Assembly (NCBI RefSeq): GCF_001194135.2
Contig: NC_069004.1
Coordinates: 13,135,835 to 13,199,834, forward strand
Direction: 5' to 3'
DNA from: Octopus bimaculoides
Taxonomy: Eukaryota
Length of the DNA: 64,000 nucleotides
Under the pieces are notes generated by a model. The model did not search any database, was not told the DNA's origin, and saw only the letters and a program-made list of their open reading frames with translations. The position numbers were made by a program, and so were the translations under genes. Below are positions 52,013 to 64,000 of this stretch, piece by piece (within the stretch, counting starts at the first letter, position 1; each line of letters starts with the position of its first letter).

Positions 52013-52083
52013 AATCATTATCATCTGACCTACAGATGTGTGGTTTGGTTCTTGAGGGTGACTCGGTCCACTTCTATTTTTTT
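52013..52083 (+). other. Candidate 71-nt exon
   Basis: Branch point tactgac, acceptor cttttgttttgtag, donor TTT|gtaagg; two open frames (SLSSDLQMCGLVLEGDSVHFYFF or NHYHLTYRCVVWFLRVTRSTSIF). Confidence 0.3.
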
Positions 52084-52610
52084 GTAAGGAATTTTATATT
52101 TTTTCCTTGCTTATTACTCATAGTTGTACTTAACTTTGTGCAACACAATAAAAAGTCTTATTTTCTAATTTCTCAAGACTTCCAAAATATGACTCAAAAC
52201 ATACAAATTTCCTTTCTTGCTTGTAAGATTAAAGCTTCAAATTTGACACATAAAGGTTAGAAAGCTTTTCTGGTTTAGTGGTACCACAATGATCTGATCT
52301 ACAGTAGACACATGGTTCAATTCTTATGAATGACTTTGCTTTTTTTTCTTTCTGTCTATAGGAGTTCTTATCTGATATTTTATGAGAGTTGTTAGCAAAC
52401 CAGACAAAATGCTTAGTGGCATTTCTGGCTTTACATTCCAAACTCAAATTACACAATGGTCATCTTTACCTTTCATCCTTTTGGGGTTGATAAAAAGAAG
52501 TACATATACCAGAGTTGATGTAATCAACTAGCCCCCTCCCCTCAAAATTGCTAAAATTAGAAAGAATTATAGTTACATTTGCATGTAACCAACTTCATAA
52601 AAAGACATAC

Positions 52611-52654
<44 letters not shown>

Positions 52655-52800
52655 TATTTGTATATACACAGACAAGACAGAAGTAAATAGACACTCCATA
52701 AAACATCGTTTTATGTTTTTTCTAACTTGTAAAGGTTTATATTTCTTATTAATTGACATTTTTATGTTTCAGATTCTATATGTGACTGTTTAATCACACC

Positions 52801-53767
52801 ATGTACAAAAGAAGCCTTGGAACTATCTGAATTTCAAAGAGGCCATATTGTGGATCATTCTGAAGGTGGACAAAGTATATAATCACATAAAACCTTGGGA
52901 TCCCACTTTCTACATTTATTAGAGTGATTATGCAATTTACCAGGGAGAGGAAGGAGTCCACATCACCTCACCCAGATCAACCAGGGCCCTCTGACAAGAC
53001 ACTTCTCTTTGTTAAGAGAAGTGTGGAGGATAATTCTTGTTGCAAGGCCTCTGACATAGCAGAACAAGTTGATGTCAGTCCCAGAACAGTTGTTAGGTAT
53101 CTCCACAAACTTGATTACTTGGTGACCAGCCAACATCAAGTGAAGAAAAGATTGGGCCAGTGAGTTGGTGGAGAAGCCACTAGCATTTTGGGACACTGTT
53201 ATATTTTCTAATGAATCCAGATTTGCTGTATTTCCTAACAGTGATCAAGTGTGGATCTAGAGACAGTGATCAAGAATTTGATGTGGAAAGATTGCAACCA
53301 ACAATGAAACATGGCTCTAGGGAGCAATTTGGAGCAATGGTTGATCAGAGCTGGTGGAGCGTGATGGAAACATAAACTCAGATAAATATGTGTCCATATA
53401 GCAGAAAGGACTCCTTCCAATCTTCTCTAGTGGTGAAATGATTAAAGAAGACTCTTTATTCATGGAAGATGGGGCTCCTTGTCACATGGCTAAAATGATC
53501 CTAGATTTGTTGGATGAGAATGGCATTAAAAAGCTTCCATGGACAAGTCAGTCACCAGATACAAACCCTATTGAACACCTCTGGGACATAATGGCCAGGA
53601 CACTTCATAAAAAGAACAAGAAAGCATCTTCAAAGCCAGATCTTTTGAAATTACTGCATGAAACTTGGCAAGAAATTCTGCAAGAGAATATTCATCATCT
53701 GATCGGTAACATGCCTAATAGGGTCCTTGCATTGAAAGATGCAAAGGGCATGTCTACTAAATATTAA
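52801..53767 (+). pseudogene. Tc1-family DD34E transposase pseudogene
   Basis: ELSEFQRG N-terminus, HTH region, WDTVIFSNESRF (first D changed to N), EDGAPCH..34 aa..SPDTNPIEHLW; several stops and frameshifts; no TIRs seen. Confidence 0.92.
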
Positions 53768-55484
53768 ATATTTACATTATAACAAATAAATAATTTGAAG
53801 ATACAATAATAATGAGCCTAAATAATAATAATAATAATAATAATAATAATCCTTTCTATTATAGGCACAAGGCCTGCATTTTGTGGGGAGAGATAAGTCG
53901 ATTACATGAACCCCAGTGCTTGACTGTTACTTAATATTTTTGACCCCAAAAGAATGAAAGACAAAGTCNNNNNNNNNNATATATATATATATATAGTAAG
54001 AATACAATGCTCTGTGCACATGACATTTACAAGTGAAATGTGTATACACGTACACATATAGTTACTGTTGCATAAATATGTACACACATGCATAAGTACG
54101 TCTTGTTTCCCCACATCCCAAGAGCATTTGTTCTTGGTCCTGTCTTCTTTGTTTTTGTTTTTTTTTGCTCGTTCAATTCTTTGTATTATTCAAAATTCTT
54201 GTTGTAGTTGTTGATATTGCTGCTGTTCTTGGCAATGTTTGTTTTTATTGTTGTTGTTGTTGTTCTTAGGACCAAGTGTTGTTTTTTTTCTTTTTTTTTG
54301 TTCTGTTCTTATCTTTGTTGTAGATATTGCTGTATTTTATTCCCATTCATCAAGATCTTCCTTAAAGGTTGTTAATAAGTAGGNNNNNNNNNNGTTCTTA
54401 TCTTTGTTGTAGATATTGCTGTATTTTATTCCCATTCATCAAGATCTTCCTTAAAGGTTGTTAATAAGTAGGAGAAAGAGGAGGAGGGGGGGAGTGGCTT
54501 GAGACCACACACAAAGTGAAACAACATACCTATACACAAACACACAAACAAATACACACCCAAATACATGTGCACAAATATGCATAAACATTCACACACA
54601 CACACACACACACACACGCTGATGGAGGACTTACTTAAATATCCTTTGTTATTGCCTGGAAACCTGCTTGACATTATGAAGATCCATGCAAAATAGATTT
54701 GTGCGTCTCAGAACTAAACCACAATAATCCTGCAGCATCTCAGATTCTCTTTGAGGAATGGTTAGACAAACAAGCACTATTTTGAAAAGCAGATAATGAC
54801 TACCCCCATCGCTTCAATGAGAAGGTTATTTGCTAGGCTGGCTAACTTGTACTTCTATACATGAACATTTTACTGTTTTTAAAAGCATAAAATATAAACG
54901 TAAGCATGGCTGCATGATTGAGAAGCTTGCTTCCCAGTCACATGGACTTGGATTGAGTCCAATTGCATGGAATCTTGGGCAAGTGTCTTCTACTATTTTA
55001 CAATAATTGCAGACTGACTCAAACCTTGTGAGTGGATTTGGAAGATGGAAACTGAAAAAAGCCTGTTGTATGTATGTGTGGATGTATTTTACTATGTGTG
55101 TTTTATTTTCCCTATTCTTCTTATTTTTCTTAATCACTCCCTGTCTGTATCTATAACTTTGCAACGGAATCTGTCCCTCACCATTCTTGCCCAACGGCTT
55201 AAACCTACGGTCACTAACAACATTCTATATTAAAATCCGGGCGACACAGAGTTCATTTAATTAGCTACCTCTCATTACATCACCTGATGCACCACAACTA
55301 TACCAAGGATGCACCACAACTAGTTGTATAGTTCCCCACCCATGAAGGGTTGATGCAAGATATGTTAAAATAGTTGTGAGTCATAAAGCTTCTTGTGTAG
55401 TCCATTTCCCATCTATCATTTATTATGTATATATGTAGGCAAATTGAAAATTAAAAATAACAAAAGTCAAATGGACATACACAT

Positions 55485-55876
55485 GGCACAGGGGTGGCTG
55501 TGTGGTAAGAAGCTTGCTTCCCAGCCACATGGTTCCAGGTTCAGTCCCACTGCATGGCCCCTTGGGCAAGTGTCTTCTACTATAGCCTCAGGCCAACCAA
55601 AGCCTCGTGAGTGGATTTGGTAAACGGAAACTGAAAGAAGCTTGTCATATGTGTGTGTGTGTCTTTGTATCTGTCCTCACCATCACTGCTTGACAACTGG
55701 TGTTGGTGTATTTATGTCCCCGTAACATAGTGGTTTAGCAAAATAGACTGATAGAATAAGTACTGAGCTTTAAAAATAAGCCCTGGAGTTGATTTCTTTG
55801 ATTAAAACGCCTCAAGGTGGTGCTCTATTCATGGTTGCAGACAAATGATTGAAACAAGTGAAAGAATGAAAGAATG
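55485..55876 (+). mobile_element. Full-length SINE family A
   Basis: Colinear with the family consensus. Confidence 0.9.
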
Positions 55877-55928
55877 GAATGTATTAGGTTGAAGCTCAGT
55901 ACAAGATGGAAAAAAAGAGTGGGTATAT

Positions 55929-55960
55929 AATGTTTTGAGCATGGTTCTTCATCAGAAAGG
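55929..55960 (-). ncRNA. Decayed hammerhead-like motif with canonical CUGAUGA core
   Basis: CCUUU-CUGAUGAA-GAAC(CAU)GCUC-AAAA-CAUU; G12 and G16.2 changes fit CpG decay; no stem I partner. Confidence 0.4.
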
Positions 55961-56021
55961 TCTGGAGAGAAGACAAGAAGTTCAAGAAAAGCACATGTGT
56001 GGTTACATGGCTGAAGTGACC

Positions 56022-56153
56022 ATATATAACAAAAATAAGAATGAAGAAAACCACATTTTTTATTGGTGATTACACAGTACATCATTGGTAATGTATGGTA
56101 TAATCACCAATTAAAGATGTGATTTTCTCCATTCTTATTCTTCTTGTCATATA
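56022..56153. repeat. About 130-bp imperfect inverted repeat
   Basis: aataagaatgaagaaaaccacattttttattggtgatta mirrored by taatcaccaattaaagatgtgattttctccattcttatt. Confidence 0.8.
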
Positions 56154-56232
56154 CTCTGAATTTCTTGAAATTCTTCCAAGCGATATTTGGATTTACTTAT
56201 CATACATGAGGAATTTCTTTGGATGTTTATTC

Positions 56233-56338
56233 TACTTGCATTTATTGGTATCTGATTGTTTGATATAGTTAAGTAAATTCATTTAACACTTAGTGCTTTA
56301 TAGATATCGTCTTGGATTTATTAATCCTTTTTACTTCT

Positions 56339-56374
<36 letters not shown>

Positions 56375-56520
56375 TATGTACACAACACACACACACACAC
56401 ATATATATGCATACTTGAATTTATTGGTATCTGGTTGTTTTGATATAGTTAATCAAATTTGTTTAACACAGTGTGCTTTATAGATATCTGCCTGGATTTA
56501 TTAATTTCTTTTATTTCTTA
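56233..56520 (+). repeat. Diverged about 108-bp direct duplication (56233-56340, 56412-56520)
   Basis: Both start tacttg.atttattggtatctg and end ttctta before a microsatellite. Confidence 0.85.
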
Positions 56521-56521
56521 T

Positions 56522-56561
<40 letters not shown>

Positions 56562-56571
56562 NNNNNNNNNN

Positions 56572-56615
<44 letters not shown>

Positions 56616-56937
56616 CCATGTCTAGACACCACGTGATGGTTGTAAATGAGCTTCTTCATCATACAAACAGGGTCATTGATTTCCAGTCTTCTGTGAATAA
56701 TCATGGCTAGCTATGAGGAAATATTACCTTGCTTGGAAACAGGTAAGGATTGGTAACAGAAAGGATATCCACTCAGAAAATTTACCTCAACAAATCCTGT
56801 TTGATCCACACAAGTATGGAAAAGTGAACATTAGATAATAATAATGATGATGATGAAAACTTTTTTTCCTTTTTTACTTCCTAAATCAGTGAGAGAAAGG
56901 TAGGAAAAGCAGCATCCATGATCCTTTGCAATTTCAG

Positions 56938-57070
56938 GGTTGATGATGCTAAAGAAGGAAATTATCCTCAAACCTGATATGAACGCTTGCAACAGAATGA
57001 ATGCCACTAAAGGCACTAAAGGATTAAATGGTGCTATTAGACTGAATAATGGATTAAGTTTACTATCCAT
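56938..57070 (+). other. Candidate 133-nt exon (phase 1-2)
   Basis: cctttgcaatttcag acceptor, CAT|gtaagt donor; open frame LMMLKKEIILKPDMNACNRMNATKGTKGLNGAIRLNNGLSLLS. Confidence 0.3.
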
Positions 57071-57258
57071 GTAAGTGATGGTGGGATTTGAACTTAAATG
57101 CAAAAAGCTTGTACAAACATCACAAGGTATCTTCTCTGATGTTCTAACAATTTGCTAATCCAATACACTGGACTGTTATTTTATTTCAATGACACTGAAA
57201 CAATGCAAGACAAAGCCAACCTGAGAAGGATTTGAACAAAACATTTCATTCTATATTT

Positions 57259-57488
57259 TAAACCTTTAGCATTTACATTACTTTGTCAAAAGTAATGCTT
57301 GTTTATTCTCATTGTCTTGAATTAATCAATGCATTATCTTGTAGCTTTGAGATTTTGATGAGGTAACTGTCAATCTTTTAGAATGATATTATAAGGGTTG
57401 GTGTGAGAAATACGATCTGGTCAGCTTGAACATAAAACAGGCAGAATATTTTGGCCAGATAAGGCTGGTTTAAATGCTAAAGGGTTAA
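57259..57488. mobile_element. Complete piggyBac-like MITE
   Basis: ttaaacctttagcatt..aatgctaaagggttaa termini. Confidence 0.85.
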
Positions 57489-57504
57489 TAAACATTGCCT
57501 GGTA

Positions 57505-57690
57505 CAGTCATGTATCTCACCACACAACTCCCTTCAGGGCACAGTTCAGAGAGAGTGAAAAGGGGCAGACAGAAAATCCTGGTTTGACAACATCAAGGAC
57601 TGGACAGGTCAGAACACAGTGAACCTGCTATGCATGACAGAGAACAGAGACCAGTGGAAATGGTTGCCTATGAACATGTCCAGTAAGTTC
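57505..57690 (+). mobile_element. RTE LINE C-terminal remnant
   Basis: LQGTV..KSWFDNIKDWTGQ..LL..TENRDQWK. Confidence 0.8.
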
Positions 57691-58605
57691 ATCATCATCA
57701 ATTCACTGCAGGGAAAGTTCACTGTTTTTTTTCTTCAATAAAATTGTTTGTAACTATTAATGGTGAGATACTATGGATATATTTTCTTGGTAAACTTTCC
57801 TCACAGTGAACTTTCTTTGTGGTGAATCAATAGAAGTGAACTGATGGGGATGAACTGAGCTGTAATTAACTATGAAAGTGCTTGGATAGGCACCCCAATG
57901 ACTGGCTGCTTCAATTAAGGGCTCTTGGCACTGATGATGAAGAATTTGTCACGAGTACTGAAAACAACCAATTTTGGCAGCATTTGTAGGAGGAAGCCTA
58001 ATCAACACTAATCTTTGAGTTAAAAAATCTTGAAACTGCATTAGATCTAAAGAAAAAAATTTCAGTTTGTTTTTTTATTAATTCAGATTTATTGTCTTTG
58101 AGTAATGCTATGTAAGTACTTGTAGATGTGTATGCAGAACTAAATGCCTGGTATATGCTCACAGAATGAAATGATTCATGTCTGCTCATAAGCTGTTGGA
58201 GACACTGACTGGGTAAAGTTATTTTCCAGTGAATGTTTCAAAAAGAGCTTAGTAGAAAGTATAGAGGCACGCATGCGTACACACACACACACACACACAC
58301 ACCAAGTCAAACTTATGTAGGTCAGTAATGGTAAATATTTCACCATATCAATATATAAGTATAAATATGCTTGCAAATATGTGGGTATTATATAAATATA
58401 AACCGAAAAGCAATACAGGCTAAAGATAGAAAATCTGACATGTTTATAAATTGAATATATTATATACTTTGAAAATATTATAAACACTTGAAAATATTAT
58501 ACACACACACTTTGAAAACGTTATATATATGTATATATATATGACATTTGAAAATACACACACACACACACACACAGATGGAGAGAGAAGAGTGTTATTT
58601 GAAAA

Positions 58606-58860
58606 TATTGGGTTGGTGCATAATTATTGCGCACTTTTTTCAACAAATTTTATTCAACAAAAACAATAACAACATGTAACAAAAACATCTTTAAATGATT
58701 ATTCTGGAGCATATTCACCATCTACTTCAATTACTGCTTCCCATTTGCTTGGCAGATGGTCAGACTGTCATTTAAAGATGTTTTTGTTAAATGTTGTTAT
58801 TGTTTTTGTGGAATAAAATTTGTTGAAAAAAAGTTGCAATAATTATGCACCAACCCAATA
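58606..58860. mobile_element. Mariner-derived MITE with about 92-bp inverted arms and a transposase C-terminal remnant
   Basis: Hsmar1-like TIR ttgggttggtgcataattattgc, TA ends; minus 58761-58699 encodes DHLPSKWEAVIEVDGEYAPE*. Confidence 0.9.
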
Positions 58861-59098
58861 AAAACTAGTAAATATATGTTATTGAGCTTACCATACCTGG
58901 TGCATAATCTGGTTAAATTCTTAACCAAAATTAATGATTTCTTTGGTTTATAAAATTTAAAAATAGACACCCCCCCCACCTCCAACAACAAAAAAATGCT
59001 GACACATACTCTGATATTCTGGATGAGAAAGGAATGAGAAGAGAAAACAGATGGGGAGAAGTGAAGAAATGTGTCTGGAGTAATGGCTGCATATTCTA

Positions 59099-59395
59099 CT
59101 CTTTTATTTGTTTCACTCATTTGACTTTGGCCATTCTGGAGCACCACCTTAAAGGGTTTTAGTCGAAGAAATCGACCCCAGGACTTATTCTGTGTAAGCC
59201 TAGTACTTATTCTATCATCTCTTTTGCCAAACCGCTAAGTTACGGGGACAAGCACAGACAGACACACACACATGCACACAAATATGATGGGCTTCTTTCA
59301 GTTTTCGTCTACCAAATTCACTCACAAGGCTTTGATCATCCTGAGGCAATAGAAGAAAACACTTGTCCAAGGTACCATGTAGTGGGACTGAATTT
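59099..59395 (-). mobile_element. SINE family A
   Basis: Reverse complement of the family consensus. Confidence 0.85.
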
Positions 59396-59794
59396 CCACC
59401 TACAAGGCTTTGATCTGTCTGGGGCTATAATAGAAGGCATTCTACACATAAAGGAAAAGCAGACTGATTATGGTTGGAACGCCTTTATCATAAAGTCTGC
59501 TTGATCAGGGTTGACCTGGAGTTCAACAACAACAACAACAACAACAACAACCATATCATTCACCATGTTCAAATCTACAATCATTATCGCAAGCCAACAA
59601 GGAAGACCTCTATGTGGTCTCTTGACTTTGCTAGAAATAACCAAACCACTATCAAATCACACCTTAGTCTTAGAAATGAATTGATGTATTTGATAATGTC
59701 CTAGATATATTAAATCTGAAGAAAAATATGCAAAATGACTTGATAGTCATGGTTGGAATAAGTATAAATTTGTACATTCAGATTGGGCCAAGGG

Positions 59795-60140
59795 TTAAAC
59801 AACATCTTGAACTGGCAGTCCATTGGTTACAACAATGAAGGGTTCCAGTTGATCCGACCAATGGAACAGCTGGCTTGTGAAATTAACATGCAAGTGGCTG
59901 AGTACTCCACAGACATGTGCACCCTTAATGTAGTTCTCAGGGAGATTCAGCATGACACAGAATGTGACAAGGCTGACCCTTTGAAGTACAGGTACTACTC
60001 ATTTTTCCCAGCTGGGTGAACTGGGGCAATGTGAAATAAAGTGTCTTGCTCAAGGACACAATGCATTGCCAGGATTTTGAACTCATGACCTTATGATCAT
60101 GAACCAAATACCCCTAACCACAAAGCCACACACCTTCACT
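59795..60140 (-). mobile_element. SINE family C
   Basis: Reverse complement of the 51453-type body and head. Confidence 0.85.
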
Positions 60141-60329
60141 AAACAACATCTTGACAAGTAGCTACGGTGGCCAATTGGACAATGTATTTCAAAATACAGG
60201 CTCATACTTAAGTCAACATCATTCATCTTCATTATGAGTGAAATCAGTTTTCGTTTTCTTTTCATTGATGCTATACAGGTCAAACAGGTTTTGTGGAGAA
60301 GACCCCCCCCCACTCCCTTCCTCTGCACC

Positions 60330-60573
60330 TTCATCTATTTATCTATTTACACCTATCTATCTACCTGTCTACCTATCTATGTATCTGTCTATCTATCTAC
60401 ATCTATCAATCAATCAATCTATCAATCAATCAATCTACATCTATCTATCAACATCTATCTCTCTATCTATCTACATTTATCTATCAATCAACCAATCTAT
60501 CTACATCTATCTATCTATATCTATCTATCTGCATCTATCTATCTATCATTCTATCTATCTATCTATCTATCTA

Positions 60574-60628
<55 letters not shown>

Positions 60629-60635
60629 CTACCTT
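60330..60635. repeat. Compound (TCTA)n/(TCAA)n/(TC)n microsatellite
   Basis: Direct reading. Confidence 0.95.
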
Positions 60636-61014
60636 TCTTTCACTCACCATCTTCTTCAATCTCCTAATGTCAGTTTGTCAACACAGAGACACATGCCGTA
60701 ACCTTGTTTGTTGCACGAGAGCATCCCAGTTTAGCTTAGCTCTGACCACTTCATGTTAAACCCACTTCTACTGACTTGGATATCTCCCGAACACTCAGAT
60801 CAATAATATACATAAACACATACAAGCAATAGCAGCCATGTTGATTTCTGCTGAGGTTACTGTCTTCATGGCTTTTTAAGTTTTTGTCAATTAAGTCAAA
60901 CCGAGTCATTTTCCTAGGCTAGTACTCCATTTTATCAAATCACCAAGTTACATTTTTGACATAAAGAGATGCACTCAACAATGGTTAGCATAAACACACT
61001 AGCACTCCATTGGA

Positions 61015-61670
61015 TATGGTATCAGGGGTTCCAGTTGATCCAATCAATGGAACAACTAGCTCGTTAAATTAATGTGCAAGTTGCCTGAGCACTTCACAGA
61101 CATCATGCTCACTTAGTGTAGTTCTCAGGGTGATTCAGTGTAACACAGAATGTGACAAGACTAAAAAAAGGACCCTTTTGGTCATGAATGACCATAGAAT
61201 TGCACCTAGAAAGTTCCCCTCTGAGGCACAAGTCCAGCTGTAGAAATGTTTATGGAAGACCAGCAGTTGCCCATGGATACCAGCCTCCCCCTTCTACACC
61301 ATTGATGTTATCCAAGGGAAAGGCAAAGGCCAATACAGCTTAGCACCAGTGATATCGCCACTCATTTCTACAGCTGAGTGGACTGGTGCAATGTGAAATA
61401 AAATGTCTTGTTCAAGAACACAATCAAGAACACAATACACAGCCCGGTCTAAGAATCGAACTCACAACCTCATGATTGTGAGCCCAATGCTTTAACCACT
61501 GAGCCACGTGCCCTTTAAAATAGAGGTACAACTGATTTTTGCCAACTGAATGAACTGGAGCAATGTAAAATAAAGTATCTTGCTCAAGGACACAACATGC
61601 CATCAGAAATCGAACTCAAGTCTTTACAATCATAAGCCAAAAACCCTAACCACTAAGTCACATGGCTGAG
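61015..61670 (-). mobile_element. Stack of SINE family C-related copies, one with an alternative 3' body
   Basis: Repeated ggagcaatgtgaaataaagtgtcttgctcaag..gaactcac..taaccact head segments. Confidence 0.75.
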
Positions 61671-63847
61671 CATACTGTACTTCATTCTCGGACAATTCCA
61701 GTACGTATTACCTTTTAAATTTTGTCTGACCCATGCAAGCAGAGAGAAGTGTATGCTAAATGATGACGACGATGATGATGTTGTGCCTTTAAAGAAAGCA
61801 CTTATGTGTATACAAGAAAATGGTTTTTTTTCTTTCTTTTCTATACTTCTTGCTCCTTCAGTATTTTGCTTAAATGTAAACAAACACACTTTTCAATTCT
61901 GGGTCAATTGTCCTATCTATAAATTATATTAGATGTGTCTGCATTATTGTGGGCCCAAGGAACTCAGACATTCTCTGGTGGTTTCAGTGTTGCTTGGCAC
62001 TGCTACATGGAGCAATATAGCCTACTGAATGGAAGGTGTTATATGAACCCCCAAAAATCTTATACGGACCCAGGTTGAGAACCACTGCTCAAGCTCAACA
62101 TCAATGAAGCAGTAATTTTCTTTATCCTGTACAAGACAGACAAAGGCCATGGCTAATTTTACTGGTGATTCTCCATCACTCACTACAAACTATGATGGCA
62201 TTCTATTGGTTACAGCGATAAGTGCTCCAACTGATCCAATCAACAGAACAGCTTGCTCTGTATAAGAGCAGATGATGCACAGTGGGACTGAGTCAAGACC
62301 GCTTTGCTGCACCTTCATATATAACAGGCTTCTTTCAGTTTCTGTCTACCAAGGCCATCCACAAGGCTTTGGTTGGCCCGAGGCTATAGTTGAAAATCTT
62401 GGCCAAGGTGACATGCAGTGGGACTGAACCCACAACCATGTGGCTGGTGGCTGGGAAGGAAGCTTCTTACCACACAACCGCCCCTGCACCTATTTTGTGA
62501 ATTCTATAATTCAGAGTTGTGTGCAACAACTGAATCTTGTAGAAATAGCAGTCAAAATCTCCTTAAAATAACACTGTACAGTCTTATAAAGAAGGACATT
62601 TTACACATCGTTTTCTTAGATCCACTGACTATGTCTGAAAGAAATTTTAGAAAAAAGAGGGGTGGGGGAGAATGTGTAGAACGCCTTTCGAACACGGTGT
62701 TGTCTGCTCAGGCAGGGCTGGCCAGGGGCTAAACAAGAACATAAATGTTAATGTTTAAAAAAGGAACAACACGATGATCCTCAATATCTTATATGTTGTT
62801 TTTTTTTCTTTTAAGGTTTTCTGACAATAAAAGTATGGAACGCATGCATAGCTATGCAAATATGCAAGTTTCTGTACTTAACTGTACACATGCATGCACA
62901 CACACACAAACATACTGTATTCCCATGTGCATTAATTAATTATATATCAGCAAAACATGTGAGATTTGTTATTTGTCAAAAGTGTGCATATGGGGTGGGT
63001 GGATGGGTTAGGAAAGTATTTCCTGCCACATTTGATGCGCTTCATTGGACATATCCACGCATTACACTCAAAATATCCCATGTTATGATTTGTAATGAAA
63101 AGTGAGACTTTACCCCCACCCCACACCTCACCCTTTCTTTCCTACTCTTTTTCTTTCTTTCTTTTTTTTTTTTGCTTGAGTCAGACAATACAGTGAACGT
63201 GCACGCCCGAATGGACAAACAGGGACATGTACAGATAAATATACATAAATACACACATACACACACATACACACACGCAAACAGACATACACACAGACAC
63301 GCACGTACGCACGCACATATGGACACATATAGATGAACAGACATGCTTCATGCAAAAATACACATGCCCCAAAAAATATGCCTCATACAAATATACACAC
63401 GCATACACATGTAATTGGACAAGCACATAAACAAACCAACACACACACACACATATGTGCCTGTGTGGCCACACACCGATGGACAAAAACAGAAAAAAAA
63501 AATATGTTTCTTCTGTAGATCAGTGCTGGATTATTTTAGTCATCAATAAAAACGCAATTTTCTAATCTGAACAATAAATAAAAACAACAAACAATAACAA
63601 TAACAAATGACATAAAAACAAGAAATACAATTCAATAATAAAATCAACCACCAATCTCTGTTTCTTTCTTTCAAGCAGGATTAAAAGAAAAGAAAAAAAA
63701 ACACATTTAGTTGTGAATACATAGATCTATTCTATGATCAAAAGGCATACTGGAATTCCAACAGCAAATATCTCTGGATTCCCCACCCCACCCCACTCCA
63801 GATACTCTGGCATTTATTTGTCTTCCTTTTGGCTCACAACTCGGTTA

Positions 63848-63920
63848 GCATGGTTGCTAACAACAGTTAGCACCACTGTCTTCCAAGCAGTTGATCTGGG
63901 TTTGACTCCTAGTCGACACA
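63848..63920 (+). pseudogene. tRNA-Gly(TCC) pseudogene
   Basis: gttagca..ctgtcttccaagcagttgatctgggtttgactcctag aligns to eukaryotic tRNA-Gly-TCC; anticodon at 63882-63884; anticodon and T stems pair; acceptor stem and T-loop C are mutated. Confidence 0.75.
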
Positions 63921-64000
63921 ACCGTTCGGTTTATAGGTGCAGGCATGGCTGTGTGGTAAGAAGTTTGCTTTCCAACCACATGGTTCTTGGTTCAGTCCCA

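Noticed and set aside
54305-54472. Identical 79-bp direct repeat
   Set aside because: It flanks a 10-N gap exactly, typical of unmerged contig overlap

Overview
AT-rich, repeat-dominated eukaryotic non-coding DNA (large intron or intergenic region) with nine N-gaps. The SINE/MITE families and microsatellite load look like an Octopus genome (inference from memory, not a database search). No host protein-coding gene can be confidently called; almost all listed ORFs are microsatellite, SINE or gap read-throughs. Supported content: (i) several tRNA-derived SINE families; (ii) 5'-truncated RTE and CR1/L2 LINE relics; (iii) a decayed DD34E Tc1 transposase and a hAT dimerisation-domain relic; (iv) piggyBac-like (TTAA), hAT/Charlie-like (8-bp TSD) and mariner-like (TA) MITEs, several of them nested; (v) many fold-back palindromes; (vi) a 36-bp minisatellite; (vii) a tRNA-Gly(TCC) pseudogene; (viii) a few isolated candidate exons. 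The most notable signal is three minimal type-I hammerhead-ribozyme-like motifs on the minus strand (31049-31085, 42576-42611, 55929-55960). Two lie in a ~180-bp Penelope-terminus-like repeat abutting (TA)n and share a non-canonical CUGUUGA core.
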